From Candidatus Tenderia electrophaga (GTDB taxonomy: Bacteria > Pseudomonadota > Gammaproteobacteria > Tenderiales > Tenderiaceae): a stretch of 64,000 bases of DNA. How positions within the stretch are numbered: the first letter of the stretch is position 1; every line of letters begins with the position of its first letter. This document shows positions 49,799-60,679 of this stretch, piece by piece. The notes below the pieces were generated by a model, which was not told the DNA's origin, did no database searches, and saw only the letters and a list, made by a program, of their open reading frames with translations. Position numbers and translations under genes: made by a program. The stretch lies in NCBI GenBank assembly GCA_001447805.1, contig CP013099.1, positions 3,395,181 through 3,459,180 of the forward strand. Reading direction: 5' to 3'.

Positions 49799-50221
49799 AT
49801 GCCCGCTATGCATGTATTCACCTATGGCTCGTTGATGTTCGACCCGGTCTGGGGCGCAGTGGTGGCGGGCGATTACCGCAATGCCGTCGCTGAGGTGCGA
49901 GGCTTTGCCCGGCGCTGCATCAAAGGCGAAATCTACCCGGCGCTGGTGGATGCCGATGCGACGGACTCGGTCCGCGGCCGGATCTATTTCCATATCCAAA
50001 CCGCCGATCTCATACGGCTGGACCGTTTTGAAGGTAATGACTATCGCCGTGCAACGGCCAGCGTCGCGCTACTAGAGGGTGGCGACGTCGAGGCCCAGGT
50101 CTATGTCTTTAAAGATCGATATAAAGGTCGGCTGGAGGCGCGTGACTGGGATGTGGCGTGGTTTGAGCGCGAAGGCATGGCCCGGTTCCTGAGCGGTTAT
50201 CGGGGTTTCACGCGGCGTTAA
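49799..50221 (+). CDS. Gamma-glutamylcyclotransferase (AIG2/GGCT-like) family protein
   Basis: VFTYGSLM N-terminal motif and catalytic Glu region. Confidence 0.65.
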   Translation: MPAMHVFTYGSLMFDPVWGAVVAGDYRNAVAEVRGFARRCIKGEIYPALVDADATDSVRGRIYFHIQTADLIRLDRFEGNDYRRATASVALLEGGDVEAQVYVFKDRYKGRLEARDWDVAWFEREGMARFLSGYRGFTRR

Positions 50222-50238
50222 CACGCCCCGGCAGGCGC

Positions 50239-51312
50239 CTAGAATAGCGACAGCTGCGGTTTGACATCCGCCGCTTGTCGGAACGCCGTCGTATTCAACT
50301 CCGGCAGGCCGGCAAAGGCCAGCCGCTTCATGGCCAGGCGATAACGTTTCTTGAGCAGCTCGGCGAACACCCCTTCGCCGCGCATGCGCGTGCCGAATTC
50401 GGCCTGATATTCCTGGCCGCCGCGACAGTCGCGGATGCGCTTCATGATGTGCTCGGCCTTGAGCGGCGCGTGTTCGCTCAGCCAGCCCTTAAACAATTCC
50501 TTCACCTCGTGGGGCAGGCGCAGCAGCACATAGCCGGCCCAGCCGGCGCCGGCCTGGCGCGCCGCGCTCAGAATATCCTCCAGCTCGTGGTCGGTGAGTA
50601 CCGGTATCAGCGGCGCCACCATGACACTGGTGGGGATGCCCGCCGCGCTCAGTTTGGCCACGGTCTGCAAGCGCCGTTCGGGGGCGGCGGCGCGCGGTTC
50701 CAGCCGCGTCGACAGGCTGCGCTCCAGGGTGGTGATGGAGAGCGCCACCTGGATCAGGCCGTGATCGGCGAGTTCGGTGAGCAGGTCCAGGTCGCGTTCG
50801 ACGAGGGCGGATTTGGTGACCAGGGTGACCGGGTGGCGGTACTCCAACAGCACCTTGAGCAGTTCACGGGTGAGTCCGAGCTTGCGCTCCACCGGTTGGT
50901 AGGCATCGGTATTGATGCCCAGGGCAATGGGCGCGCAGCGGTAATTCTTTTTGTTGAGCTCTGTTCTGAGCAGCGCGGCGGCGTCGGGTTTGTAGAATAG
51001 CCGGCTCTCGAAATCCAGGCCGGGCGACAGCCCCAGCCAGGCGTGCGTCGGCCGGGCGAAACAATAGACGCAGCCGTGCTCGCAGCCGCGATAGGGGTTG
51101 ATGGAGCGGTCGAAGGGCACGTCGGGCGAGCGGTTGTAGCTGATCACCGTCTTGGCGCTGTCCACGGTCAGGGTGGTGCGGATGCGCTCGGGCGGCTGCT
51201 CCAGATTATCCCAGCCGTCGTCCACCGACTCGCGGCTGTGGTGCTCGAAACGGTTGTCGGGATTGCCGAGGGCGCCGCGACCCTTGGCGGCTTCGGTCAG
51301 TGTCTTGCTCAT
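50239..51312 (-). CDS. PA0069-family radical SAM protein (SplB-like)
   Basis: Variant CxxxCxxC radical SAM cluster (YRGCEHGCVYCFARP). Collinear with PA0069-family proteins of unknown function. Confidence 0.8.
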   Translation of the reverse strand: MSKTLTEAAKGRGALGNPDNRFEHHSRESVDDGWDNLEQPPERIRTTLTVDSAKTVISYNRSPDVPFDRSINPYRGCEHGCVYCFARPTHAWLGLSPGLDFESRLFYKPDAAALLRTELNKKNYRCAPIALGINTDAYQPVERKLGLTRELLKVLLEYRHPVTLVTKSALVERDLDLLTELADHGLIQVALSITTLERSLSTRLEPRAAAPERRLQTVAKLSAAGIPTSVMVAPLIPVLTDHELEDILSAARQAGAGWAGYVLLRLPHEVKELFKGWLSEHAPLKAEHIMKRIRDCRGGQEYQAEFGTRMRGEGVFAELLKKRYRLAMKRLAFAGLPELNTTAFRQAADVKPQLSLF

Positions 51313-51380
51313 GATCTTGGCGTCGGGAGTGGGTTTGTCGGGGTCAATTTTACCCCAATCCCGCGGCTAAAAAGCGCCAA

Positions 51381-52076
51381 CTATTTTGGGGGTTCGTCCA
51401 GCTTCAGCGTGCCGGTGTCGATCTCGGCGGGTGGTACCTCTGCGTGCTCGGTGACGTCCTCGCCCACCTCGCCCATGCTCAGCGCGCTGGTGTCGATGTC
51501 GGCTTGCGGCACCTCTTCGTGCTCGGTGACGTCCTCGCCGACGGCGCCCATACTCAGGTCGCTGATGTCGATATCCGGCTCGGGCACGGCCTGAGGCTCG
51601 CTGACATCCTCGCCCAGTTCACCCATGGAGAGGCGGCCGGTGTCGATGTCGGGCTCGGCGGCGGGGGTCTGCTGATCCAGGTCCGTGCCGGCCGCGGCCA
51701 CGTCCAGGCCGCTGGTATCGATCTCCGGCGCCGACGGCGCTGGGGCCTCGTCCATGATGCTGCCGGCGGCGGCCAGGGAGGCGTCGAAGCCCGACTCGGC
51801 AGGGGCCTTTGAGTCGGCCGCCTGCGGCGCCGCGGATGCCGTTGCCATGGGGGCGATGGCCGCCGCCAGTCCGGCCTTGATGATGGCGGACTGGTATTTC
51901 TGCGCCGTCTCCCGGTCCAGCCCTTTCTTGACCGCCAGCGTGCGGCCGGAGAACATGGGTGCCACCTTATCGAGCGAGGTCTTGAACAGGGTGGCGATGT
52001 TCTGTTTCACCTGTGCCGGCGCGGCCCCCTCAACCAGAGAGCCGTTGACCACGATCTGGAATTGTTGCTCACTCAT
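51381..52076 (-). CDS. Protein with an N-terminal globular domain of about 75 aa and a C-terminal acidic tandem-repeat region
   Basis: N-terminal MSEQQFQIVVNGSLVEGAAPAQVKQNIATLF..., then four to five repeats of about 25 aa ((D/E)IDTxxLSMGEVGEDVTEHxEVPxA). Confidence 0.55.
   Translation of the reverse strand: MSEQQFQIVVNGSLVEGAAPAQVKQNIATLFKTSLDKVAPMFSGRTLAVKKGLDRETAQKYQSAIIKAGLAAAIAPMATASAAPQAADSKAPAESGFDASLAAAGSIMDEAPAPSAPEIDTSGLDVAAAGTDLDQQTPAAEPDIDTGRLSMGELGEDVSEPQAVPEPDIDISDLSMGAVGEDVTEHEEVPQADIDTSALSMGEVGEDVTEHAEVPPAEIDTGTLKLDEPPK
51400..51700. repeat. Intragenic tandem repeat with a period of about 75 nt, four to five copies
   Basis: Visible at nucleotide level (gtgacgtcctcgcc...gtcgatgtcg... 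repeated). It encodes the acidic repeats of the protein above. Not a CRISPR array: no spacers, it is coding, and the copies are imperfect. Confidence 0.7.
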
Positions 52077-52161
52077 GTCAGAACCTTAGTGTTTGCGCCA
52101 CTGGACCTTCATTGTAAGACATCGGCATGTGCGCCGCATTTTGCAGAACGGCGGGCCGGGG

Positions 52162-53136
52162 CTACGGTCGGGTGGCGGTGAAAATGGCACGTCGCGGGGC
52201 GGGATAACCCTCCACGGTGCGGCCGGGGGCCTGCGCATCGAGAAAATCGGCCAGGGATTCGAACTGCATCCAAGACGTGCTGCGTTGCTCCGCCGTGGAG
52301 GTGACGTCCACGTTTACCAGCCGGATATCGCGGAAGCCGGCACGCCGCAGCCACAACGCCAGGGTGGCACAGCTGGGGATGAACCAGACGTTGCGCATCT
52401 TGGCGTAGCGGCCCTCGGGCATTAGGCTCGCGCCCGCAGCGCCTTCGATGACCAAGGTCTCCAGCACCAGTTCGCCGCCGTGGCGCAGGGCGTCGCGCAG
52501 TTCGATCAAATGGTCCAGTGGTGAGCGGCGGTGGTAGAGCACGCCCATGGAGAACACCGTGTCAAAGGCCGCCAGCCGCGCTGGCAGGTGTTCAATCCCC
52601 AAGGGCAGCACGAAGGTGCCGTGGGCGCCGAGGAAATGGCTGACGGCCTGATGCTGCATCACGAACAGGGGCGAGGGATCGATACCGATGGTCAGCTCGT
52701 CCCCTGCGCCGGCCATGCGCCAGCAGTGGTAACCGCTGCCGCAGCCCACGTCCAGCACGCGGCGGCCGGCCAGGGGCTGGATGTGATCCTTGAGGCGGTC
52801 CCATTTCCAGTCCGAGCGCCATTCGGTGTCAATCTCTACGCCGTGGATGGAAAAGGGCCCCTTGCGCCAGGGCATGAGCTGGCGCAGCCCCGCCTCGATC
52901 TGTTGGCGCGTGTCGGGCGAAACGCTCGCGGCGTCGCCTACCGTCACGGCGGCGGCATTGAGATCGACGCCGCTGGGTTGGACGCTGGGCAAGCCTTCCA
53001 GGGCTGCCAACCAGCGCGGCAGGTCGCCGTGACGCCTGGCGCTGAAGCGTTGTTGCAGCAAGCCGGGCAGGGCCTCGGCGAGTGGCGCCAGCGGCGTGTC
53101 GTCCAGTCTTTGGTACAGCGGCGTGAAGTCGATCAT
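52162..53136 (-). CDS. cmoB: tRNA U34 carboxymethyltransferase
   Basis: Collinear with E. coli CmoB (WRKGPFSIHGVEIDTEWRSDWKWDR...VLDVGCGSGYHCWRM). True start is the ATG at 53136 (MIDFTPLYQRL), which overlaps the cmoA stop. The longer ORF to 53616 is an artefact. Confidence 0.9.
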   Translation of the reverse strand: MIDFTPLYQRLDDTPLAPLAEALPGLLQQRFSARRHGDLPRWLAALEGLPSVQPSGVDLNAAAVTVGDAASVSPDTRQQIEAGLRQLMPWRKGPFSIHGVEIDTEWRSDWKWDRLKDHIQPLAGRRVLDVGCGSGYHCWRMAGAGDELTIGIDPSPLFVMQHQAVSHFLGAHGTFVLPLGIEHLPARLAAFDTVFSMGVLYHRRSPLDHLIELRDALRHGGELVLETLVIEGAAGASLMPEGRYAKMRNVWFIPSCATLALWLRRAGFRDIRLVNVDVTSTAEQRSTSWMQFESLADFLDAQAPGRTVEGYPAPRRAIFTATRP

Positions 53137-53870
53137 TTCACGGCGAGAATTGACGCGAAGTTCATACACTGAAACCAGCTGTGGCTGTGCCGAAAACCCG
53201 TTTCCTTTAAGCGTTGGTGATGCTGCGGCAGGGTTTCGGGGACGAGTACGTTTTCCAGCGCCGAGCGTTTCTGGCTGATCTCCAGCGCGCTGTAGCCGTT
53301 GGCCTTTTTGAAGGCCAGGTGCAGCCTGTCCAGCAGCTGCGCGTCGCCGGCGTCTGCGAAGGCGATCTTTTCCGACAGCACCAGCGCGCCGCCGGGCAAC
53401 AGGCCGGCATGGATCTTTTGTAGCAGCGGCGTGCGTTCCCGCGGCGGCAGAAACTGCAAGGTGAAATTGAGCACCACGATCGAGGCGTTCTGGAATTCGA
53501 TGTCGCGGATGTCGGCGCAGCGCGTCTCCACCTCGATGGGCGAGAGGTCTTCGGCGACATGGCTGCGGCAGCGTTCCACCATGGCCGCCGAGTTGTCCAC
53601 CGCGATGATGCGGCAATCGTGGTGGGGGATGCGGCGGCGCATGGCCAGGGTAGCCGCGCCCAGTGAACTGCCCAGGTCATAGATGTTACTGCCGGGCCGG
53701 GCGTATTCCTCGGCCAGCAGGCCGAGCAGGGTGATCAGGGTGCCGTAGCCGGGCACCGAGCGGCGGATCATGTCCGGAAAGACGCGCGCCACCGCCTCGT
53801 TGAATTCGAAATCCACGAGTTGTTCGTGAGGATTGGCGTAGAGGGCGTCGTGTGGTTTTTTGCGATTCAT
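53133..53870 (-). CDS. cmoA: Carboxy-S-adenosyl-L-methionine synthase
   Basis: Near-collinear match to E. coli CmoA ([20 protein letters not shown]-like FNEAVARVFPDMIRRSVPGY; NGYSELEISQKRS). Confidence 0.9.
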   Translation of the reverse strand: MNRKKPHDALYANPHEQLVDFEFNEAVARVFPDMIRRSVPGYGTLITLLGLLAEEYARPGSNIYDLGSSLGAATLAMRRRIPHHDCRIIAVDNSAAMVERCRSHVAEDLSPIEVETRCADIRDIEFQNASIVVLNFTLQFLPPRERTPLLQKIHAGLLPGGALVLSEKIAFADAGDAQLLDRLHLAFKKANGYSALEISQKRSALENVLVPETLPQHHQRLKETGFRHSHSWFQCMNFASILAVK

Positions 53871-53954
53871 CGGCGTGAAAGCGGCTGTTTGCTGCGGCCG
53901 TCATGATACACCAAACCCTGTTGCGCTGGCAGGCGCCGGGCGTAGAATCGAGCC

Positions 53955-54728
53955 ATGGAGATCATCGACAGTCATTGTCACCTGGATGTGGAAGATTTCG
54001 ACACGGACCGCGAGGCGGTGCTGGCCGCCTGTCGTGAGCAGGGGGTCAACAGCATCGTGGTGCCCGGCATCAGCGCCGCCACCTGGGCGCGCCTGCTGCA
54101 GGTGTGTCGTCGGCATGAGGGTCTCTATCCCGCCCTGGGGCTGCATCCCTACTACATCCGGGACCACCGCCAGGCCCATCTCGAGCAGCTGGAACAGCGC
54201 CTGGCCGATGAGCCCGACTTGGTGGCGGTGGGGGAGATCGGGCTGGATTTTTATATCGACAATCCGCACCGGGAACGCCAGATCGAACTGTTCGAGGCCC
54301 AGTTGGCCATTGCCCAGGCGGCCGCAATGCCGGTGATCGTGCATGTGCGCAAGGCCCACAATGAGGTCCTGAAGGCCTTGAAGGACGGCAAGTTCACGCA
54401 GGGTGGCATCATGCACGCCTACAACGGCAGCCTGCAGCAGGCGCAGGAATATATGGATCTGGGTTTCAAGCTGGGCTTCGGCGGCATGATCACCTACGAA
54501 CGCTCGCGCAAACTGCGTGGACTGGTGGAAGCGTTACCTTTAGAGGCCATGGTGCTGGAGACCGATGCGCCGGATATGTCGGGAGATATCTGTCACGGCC
54601 GGCGCAACAGTCCCCAGTATCTGCCCCATTATCTCGAGGTGTTCGCCTCGTTGCGCGAGGAGGATGTAGAACGGGTGGCGCAGGTGACCCGTGCCAATGT
54701 GAAGGCCGTGCTTTCGCTTTCAGAATAA
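53955..54728 (+). CDS. TatD-family metal-dependent hydrolase
   Basis: IDSHCHLD N-terminus. Conserved His/Glu/Asp metal ligands (GEIGLD, HVR, ETDAPD). Confidence 0.85.
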   Translation: MEIIDSHCHLDVEDFDTDREAVLAACREQGVNSIVVPGISAATWARLLQVCRRHEGLYPALGLHPYYIRDHRQAHLEQLEQRLADEPDLVAVGEIGLDFYIDNPHRERQIELFEAQLAIAQAAAMPVIVHVRKAHNEVLKALKDGKFTQGGIMHAYNGSLQQAQEYMDLGFKLGFGGMITYERSRKLRGLVEALPLEAMVLETDAPDMSGDICHGRRNSPQYLPHYLEVFASLREEDVERVAQVTRANVKAVLSLSE

Positions 54729-54781
54729 TTTGTATTTATATTCCCTCCCCCCAGAAAGGGGAGAGGGTTGGGCGGGTAACG

Positions 54782-55570
54782 CTAAGGCTTGCGGGCGAAG
54801 AAGTTGACCGAGTGCACGAACAGGTCCTTGGAGACTTTGTGTTCGGCGCTGGTGCCTTGAAAACAATTGAAGCGGCGTACGATGTGCCCGTCCTCGAACC
54901 CCGTCTGCTGCGCCAGTTGCGCCAGCTCCGGCTCCACCAGGGCGCCGCCGATGCAGGCGGCCCAGATGTCCGGATCCTGGCGCGCCGCATCGCTCAGCTC
55001 GCGTTGCACGATGACATCGGCCAGGTGCAGGCGGCCGCCCGGTTTGAGGACCCGCTTGATCTCCTGAAAGACCTTGCGCTTGTCCGGCGCCAGGTTGAGC
55101 ACGCCGTTGGACAGGACCACATCCACCGTCTCATTTTCCAGCGGTAGATTCTCGAACACCCCGGCGCGGATCTCGACGATGTTGCTCAACCCGGCCATCT
55201 CCGCCGCCGCGGCGGCGCATTCACGCATGGCCGGGGTCATGTCCACGCCGATGGCCTGGCCGTCGCGACCGACGCGGCGCGCCGCCAGCAGCAGGTCCAT
55301 GCCGGCGCCGCAGGCGTGGTCCAGCACGGTCTCGCCGGGGTGGATGGGACCGATGGCAATGGGATTGCCCACCCCGGCAAAACGGGCCGTGGACTCCTGC
55401 GGCAATTGGTCCAGCTCTTGCGCGTCGTAGCCCAGATAGGTGACGGCGTATTCCGGACCGCGGTGGAAGTGGTACTCGCCCTGGGGGCGACGCGCCACTT
55501 GCTCATAGGTCTGTTCCACCTGCTGGCGCAGGGTGTCGGTGTCGAAGTGTTGCGGTGCAACGATGGCCAT
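54782..55570 (-). CDS. Class-I SAM-dependent methyltransferase of the arsenite-methyltransferase (ArsM-like) type
   Basis: SAM motif I (VLDHACGAGMD). Motif post-I (IGVDMTPAM). Conserved Cys residues (DHACG, AACIGG) as in ArsM/Cyt19-like enzymes. Confidence 0.65.
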   Translation of the reverse strand: MAIVAPQHFDTDTLRQQVEQTYEQVARRPQGEYHFHRGPEYAVTYLGYDAQELDQLPQESTARFAGVGNPIAIGPIHPGETVLDHACGAGMDLLLAARRVGRDGQAIGVDMTPAMRECAAAAAEMAGLSNIVEIRAGVFENLPLENETVDVVLSNGVLNLAPDKRKVFQEIKRVLKPGGRLHLADVIVQRELSDAARQDPDIWAACIGGALVEPELAQLAQQTGFEDGHIVRRFNCFQGTSAEHKVSKDLFVHSVNFFARKP

Positions 55571-55589
55571 GATGTGTCTCCTCTGTTAA

Positions 55590-56363
55590 TTATGCGTTGT
55601 CGCCGGCGTAGTCGGGCCTGCCCGGCTCAGTGCTCTTGAGGCGCGGCACCAACATGGGCACCCGGCGGCGATAGTCTTCATACTCCACATGGGCCTTGAC
55701 CAGATCACGCTCTTCGAGGCGGATGGCCACCAGGATGTAGGCCGTGGTCATGAGTGCGAACAACAGATGGGCGGCGGTCATGGTGGGGGTGCACCAGAAG
55801 GCCAGCAACCAGCCCACATAGAGCGGATGGCGCACATATTTATAGAGCCAGGGGGTCTTGAAGGCCAGCGGCTGGTACGGTTTACCCACAAGGTATAACC
55901 ACACCTGGCGCAGCCCGAACAGGTCGAAGTGATTGATGAGGAAGGTGGAGACCAGCACCACCATCCAACCCAACAGGAAACCGCTCAACAACAGGCCGGC
56001 GCCGACGGGGTGCTGCACCCGCCAGATCACACCGCCCAGCGGCTGCCACCAGTAAAACAGGGCGATCAGGGCGGCGCTGGAAAACAGCACATAGGTACTG
56101 CGCTCCAGCGGCGTGGGCACGATGCGGGTCCAGGCCCGTTTGAAGGCCGGTCGCGCCATGACGCTGTGCTGCACGGCGAACAGGGTCAATAGCAGGATGT
56201 TGATGAGCAGGGCATCCGCCAGCGTTTGTCCCGCCGTGCGCGGGGCGTCGATGGAGGTGGGCACGAACAGGTTGCCGACCCAGCCGATGGCGTAGAGAAA
56301 GGTAGCGAAGAAGAGGGCGTAACAGACGACGCCATAGGTAAAGTAGGTAATGCGTTTGAACAT
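55590..56363 (-). CDS. Membrane-bound ICMT-family methyltransferase (methanethiol S-methyltransferase MddA-like / NnrU-like)
   Basis: Polytopic membrane protein of 257 aa with the C-terminal ICMT signature (RHPLYVGWLLAFW...E...L...EY..Y). Confidence 0.6.
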   Translation of the reverse strand: MFKRITYFTYGVVCYALFFATFLYAIGWVGNLFVPTSIDAPRTAGQTLADALLINILLLTLFAVQHSVMARPAFKRAWTRIVPTPLERSTYVLFSSAALIALFYWWQPLGGVIWRVQHPVGAGLLLSGFLLGWMVVLVSTFLINHFDLFGLRQVWLYLVGKPYQPLAFKTPWLYKYVRHPLYVGWLLAFWCTPTMTAAHLLFALMTTAYILVAIRLEERDLVKAHVEYEDYRRRVPMLVPRLKSTEPGRPDYAGDNA

Positions 56364-56478
56364 GGTGATATCTCCCTAATTAAGCGTTATTAGATGTCCT
56401 ACGCTTATCAGAGTAGCGGGCCGTTGTATCGAGGGGATTTCCCGGGTGTAACCAAGTGTTGCCAGTTTGTTTCAGTGT

Positions 56479-58944
56479 CTAGCTGGATTCGTGTTGCGTT
56501 AGCAGTCGTTTCACCTGGGTGTACAACAGCTCGTCGTCGATGGGCTTTTTGATAAACACATCGATCTTGAGTCGGGACAGTTCGCTGGCGTTGATCTCGT
56601 CGCTGTAACCGCTGTAGAGGATGATGGGGGCGGGATAGTCGCGTTCACGCAGCCACTGGGCCAGCGCCAGCCCGGTGAGGCGGGGCATGGTCTGATCGAG
56701 GATGATCAGCGCATATGGCTGGTGGGGGGATTGAATCTGTTGTTGGGCCTCAGCGCCATTGGCGAAACTGGTCACGTCTAGGCCCCAGGTCTCCAGGCGG
56801 TCGCGCATGAATTCGCGTACCGTGGTGTCGTCATCCACCAGCAAGACCCTGCCCGCCATGGGCTGCGCGTGCACCACAGACTGAACGGGGTTGGGCTCAT
56901 CCGCGCAGGCGGCCGCGTCGTCGTTGATGGGAAACAGCAGTCGAAAGCTGGCCCCTTCGCCCGGCACCGACGCAACCATGATATGGCCGCCGTACTCATG
57001 CACAATGCCGTGGGTGGTGGACAGCCCCATGCCGCTGCCCTTGCCGGTCTCCTTGGTGCTGAAGAAGGGCTCGAAGATGCGGTTGAGCTGGGCGGGATCG
57101 ATACCGCAACCGCTATCGCTGACGCTGAGCTCGACGAACGGGCCGCGGATGCCTTTCTGGCAGGCACTGCAGACGCTGTCGCGGTGGCTGCGTTGTTGCA
57201 GGCGAATGGCGATGCGGCCGCTGCCTTGGCCGATGGCGTCGCGGGCATTGATGCAGAGATTCATGATCACCTGTTCGATCTGCACCGGATCGGCCCACAC
57301 CGGCGCGATGTTGCGCGCAAGTTCGGTATGGATCTCGATGCTGGCGGGCAGCATGGGCTCCAACAGCCGCATGCTCTCCTTGATCAAGGGTTCGAGGCGC
57401 AGCTGCTGCGGCTCGCCGCGCTGACCGCGGCTGAAGGTGAGCATTTGCTGGATCAGGTCGCGGGCGCGCTGGCCGGCACGGCTGGCGCGCTCCAAATAGG
57501 TGAGCATGCGCGCGTCGCCCAGTGCCTCGGCCTTTTCCGTGGCCATGACCAGATAGCCCATGACGCCGGTGAGGATGTTGTTGAAGTCGTGGGCGATGCC
57601 GCCGCTGAGGTGGCCGATGGCCTCCATCTTCTGGGCCTGAATCAACTGGGCCTGCAACCGTTGGCGCTCGATCTCCGATTGTTTGGCCTCGGTGATGTCG
57701 CGCAGGTAGGTGATGAAGATCTGACCTTGCTCGCCCTCGGTGACGTCAATGGTCAGCTCCGCCGGGAACTCGCTGCCGTCGGCGCGCAGGCCGGTGACCT
57801 CGAAACGCTTGCGTAAAAAGTAGGGATCGCCGTCGTCGAGATAGCGTTTCATCCCCTGCAGGTGGCGCTGGCGTTTGTCGGCGGGGATGAGGTGCTCGGC
57901 CAGAGGCTTGCCCACGATCGCTTGGCGCCGGTAGCCGAAACAGCGCTCCGCGGCGGGATTGAATTCGATGATATTGCCTTGGGCATCCATGCTGATGATA
58001 CAGTCCAGCGCCGCCTCCACCGTGGCGCGCAGCCGGTCTTCGCTCTGGCGCAGGGCCGCTTCGTGACGCCGATCCTCGGTGATGTCGCGCAGGATCATCA
58101 GGGCATGGGGTGTGCCCTGATAATTCACCGGCTCGCCACGGATCTCCAGCGTGGTTACGCCCGCTGCCGATTCAAGGTCTTGTTCGGCGCTGAAGGGGCG
58201 GCCCTGGGCGACGCTGGCCAACAGCGCCTGGAGGGTGTCGGCGCAGCTGACAGGGAACAGCGTAGCGGGGTCGGCGGCCAGGATCGCCTCCCGATCACCG
58301 GTCTGCTTGTGACACCCCAGTTGGCAAAAGGCCGGATTGACATCCACCAGGCGGCCGTCCAGGGACCAGAAGGCCAATGCATCCCGGGTGCCATGAAAGA
58401 TGGCGCGATAGAGTTCGCCCTTCTCTTGGGCGGCGCGGTCGGCGGCCAGGCGTTCCAATTCACTGGCGGCGCGGACCGAGAAGATACGCAGCAGTTGCTC
58501 CACCAGCGCCGCTTGTTGCAGCGGCTGGGTGTGCATCACCGCCATCAGGCCGATCACCTCGCCGTGGGAACTGTACAGGGGGATGGCCGCATAGCCTTCC
58601 ACCGCCAGTTCTTTTAAATGGGAGTCATCGAAGATTCGCTGCGCGTCCCGGGGGTAGTAACGATAGTGTTGGTTGATCACGTCGCGGCAGGGTGTGCCGG
58701 CCAGACTGTAGCTGAACAGCGGCGCCGGTCGGCCGGAAAAATGGGCGGCGATGGCGTGGATGGTGTCCTTGCCCTCGGGCGCCAGCTGCCCGATAAAGGC
58801 GTATTCCACCGCCAGGGCCTCGGCGATCTGACGCACCAACTCAGCAAAGATCGCGTCTGATTTGGCGGAGACGGCGCGGGCGGCATTGGCGAGGATGGCG
58901 CCCAGGTCAACGGGGTACGGCTGACGGCGTGCATCTTGGTTCAT
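56479..58944 (-). CDS. Hybrid sensor histidine kinase: GAF, two PAS domains, HisKA, HATPase_c and a C-terminal receiver
   Basis: H-box (IGHLSGGIAHDFNNIL). N, G1 and G2 boxes. C-terminal REC domain (VLLVDDD...ILDQTMP). Confidence 0.85.
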   Translation of the reverse strand: MNQDARRQPYPVDLGAILANAARAVSAKSDAIFAELVRQIAEALAVEYAFIGQLAPEGKDTIHAIAAHFSGRPAPLFSYSLAGTPCRDVINQHYRYYPRDAQRIFDDSHLKELAVEGYAAIPLYSSHGEVIGLMAVMHTQPLQQAALVEQLLRIFSVRAASELERLAADRAAQEKGELYRAIFHGTRDALAFWSLDGRLVDVNPAFCQLGCHKQTGDREAILAADPATLFPVSCADTLQALLASVAQGRPFSAEQDLESAAGVTTLEIRGEPVNYQGTPHALMILRDITEDRRHEAALRQSEDRLRATVEAALDCIISMDAQGNIIEFNPAAERCFGYRRQAIVGKPLAEHLIPADKRQRHLQGMKRYLDDGDPYFLRKRFEVTGLRADGSEFPAELTIDVTEGEQGQIFITYLRDITEAKQSEIERQRLQAQLIQAQKMEAIGHLSGGIAHDFNNILTGVMGYLVMATEKAEALGDARMLTYLERASRAGQRARDLIQQMLTFSRGQRGEPQQLRLEPLIKESMRLLEPMLPASIEIHTELARNIAPVWADPVQIEQVIMNLCINARDAIGQGSGRIAIRLQQRSHRDSVCSACQKGIRGPFVELSVSDSGCGIDPAQLNRIFEPFFSTKETGKGSGMGLSTTHGIVHEYGGHIMVASVPGEGASFRLLFPINDDAAACADEPNPVQSVVHAQPMAGRVLLVDDDTTVREFMRDRLETWGLDVTSFANGAEAQQQIQSPHQPYALIILDQTMPRLTGLALAQWLRERDYPAPIILYSGYSDEINASELSRLKIDVFIKKPIDDELLYTQVKRLLTQHESS

Positions 58945-59027
58945 GGTGTCAGTCTAGCACCTGGGTCGGCGCACCAGCGCGGCCGCTACAGCGACGAAAC
59001 AATTGAAACAAACTGAAACAAAAACGG

Positions 59028-59741
<714 letters not shown>

Positions 59742-60046
59742 GGATAGTCGCCTCCCCCTTATTATGATGGAGAGATCATAGTCGAGTTGGGTTTTTCCAA
59801 CAACGTGGGGCGCTGAAATCGTCTGAAACGAGCGGCCCTAAAGGCACATGCGGCCCTGCAGCGGGGCAACCGGTCTTCGCGCAAACGGGGCGGGATGTTG
59901 GTAGCCACATCCTGCGGTTGGGGATAGATCGTCTGCATGACAGTCGCTCCCGTACTTGATGTCGCTATATACGTCTCTGCCCAGATGATAGGCTTGTTTA
60001 AGGGCTTGAAAAGTTGGATACCTTGGATGGGATACATGTGCACATT

Positions 60047-60679
60047 ATGAGCTACCAAATCATTCCGGTGACCGCCTATCAGCAGAATTGCTCTCTGATT
60101 TGGTGTCAGGCGACGCATAAGGCCGCACTCATCGATCCGGGCGGTGATGTGGATGTGTTGTTGCGTCATATTGAAGCGCGCAAAGTGAATATGGAGAAGA
60201 TCCTGCTTACCCACGGCCACCTCGATCACGTGGGCGCAGCGAAGCATCTCGCGCAGCACTTCAGCATTCCCATCATCGGGCCGCATCAGGACGACGCCTT
60301 TTGGTTGCAGATGCTGCCCCGGCAGGCGGAGATGTTCGGCTTTGAACCCTTGGATCCGTTTGTGCCAGATCAGTGGTTAAGCGCCGGCATGACGGTCAAT
60401 GTCGGCGAGCTGCGGCTGCAGGTGTTGCACTGTCCCGGCCATACGCCGGGTCATGTGGTCTTTTATAACGCCGGGCAACGCCTGGCCTTCGTCGGCGATG
60501 TGTTATTCAAGGGCTCCATCGGCCGTACCGATTTTCCGCGCGGCGATTACGCTACCTTGATCAACAGCATTGAAAACAACTTGTTGCCCTTGGGGGATGA
60601 TGTGACCTTTGTGCCGGGGCACGGCCCCCTATCCACGCTGGGCGAGGAACGCCTGACCAATCCCTTTTTGCAAAACTAA
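60047..60679 (+). CDS. MBL-fold hydrolase of the YcbL/glyoxalase-II-like type
   Basis: Collinear with E. coli YcbL ([20 protein letters not shown]...THGHLDHVG...CPGHTPGHV). Start at the ATG at 60047. Confidence 0.75.
   Translation: MSYQIIPVTAYQQNCSLIWCQATHKAALIDPGGDVDVLLRHIEARKVNMEKILLTHGHLDHVGAAKHLAQHFSIPIIGPHQDDAFWLQMLPRQAEMFGFEPLDPFVPDQWLSAGMTVNVGELRLQVLHCPGHTPGHVVFYNAGQRLAFVGDVLFKGSIGRTDFPRGDYATLINSIENNLLPLGDDVTFVPGHGPLSTLGEERLTNPFLQN

Noticed and set aside
51400-51700. Possible CRISPR array or other non-coding repeat array (period about 75 nt)
   Set aside because: The repeats are imperfect, contiguous without unique spacers, and lie inside an ORF whose translation shows matching amino-acid repeats of 25 aa. 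No cas genes are in the window.
52162-53616. 484-aa ORF suggesting a long N-terminal extension on CmoB
   Set aside because: The extension is Arg/Gly/Ala-rich nonsense that overlaps cmoA in another frame. The canonical CmoB start (MIDFTPLYQRL) is an ATG at 53136 overlapping the cmoA stop, as in the cmoAB operon of E. coli.
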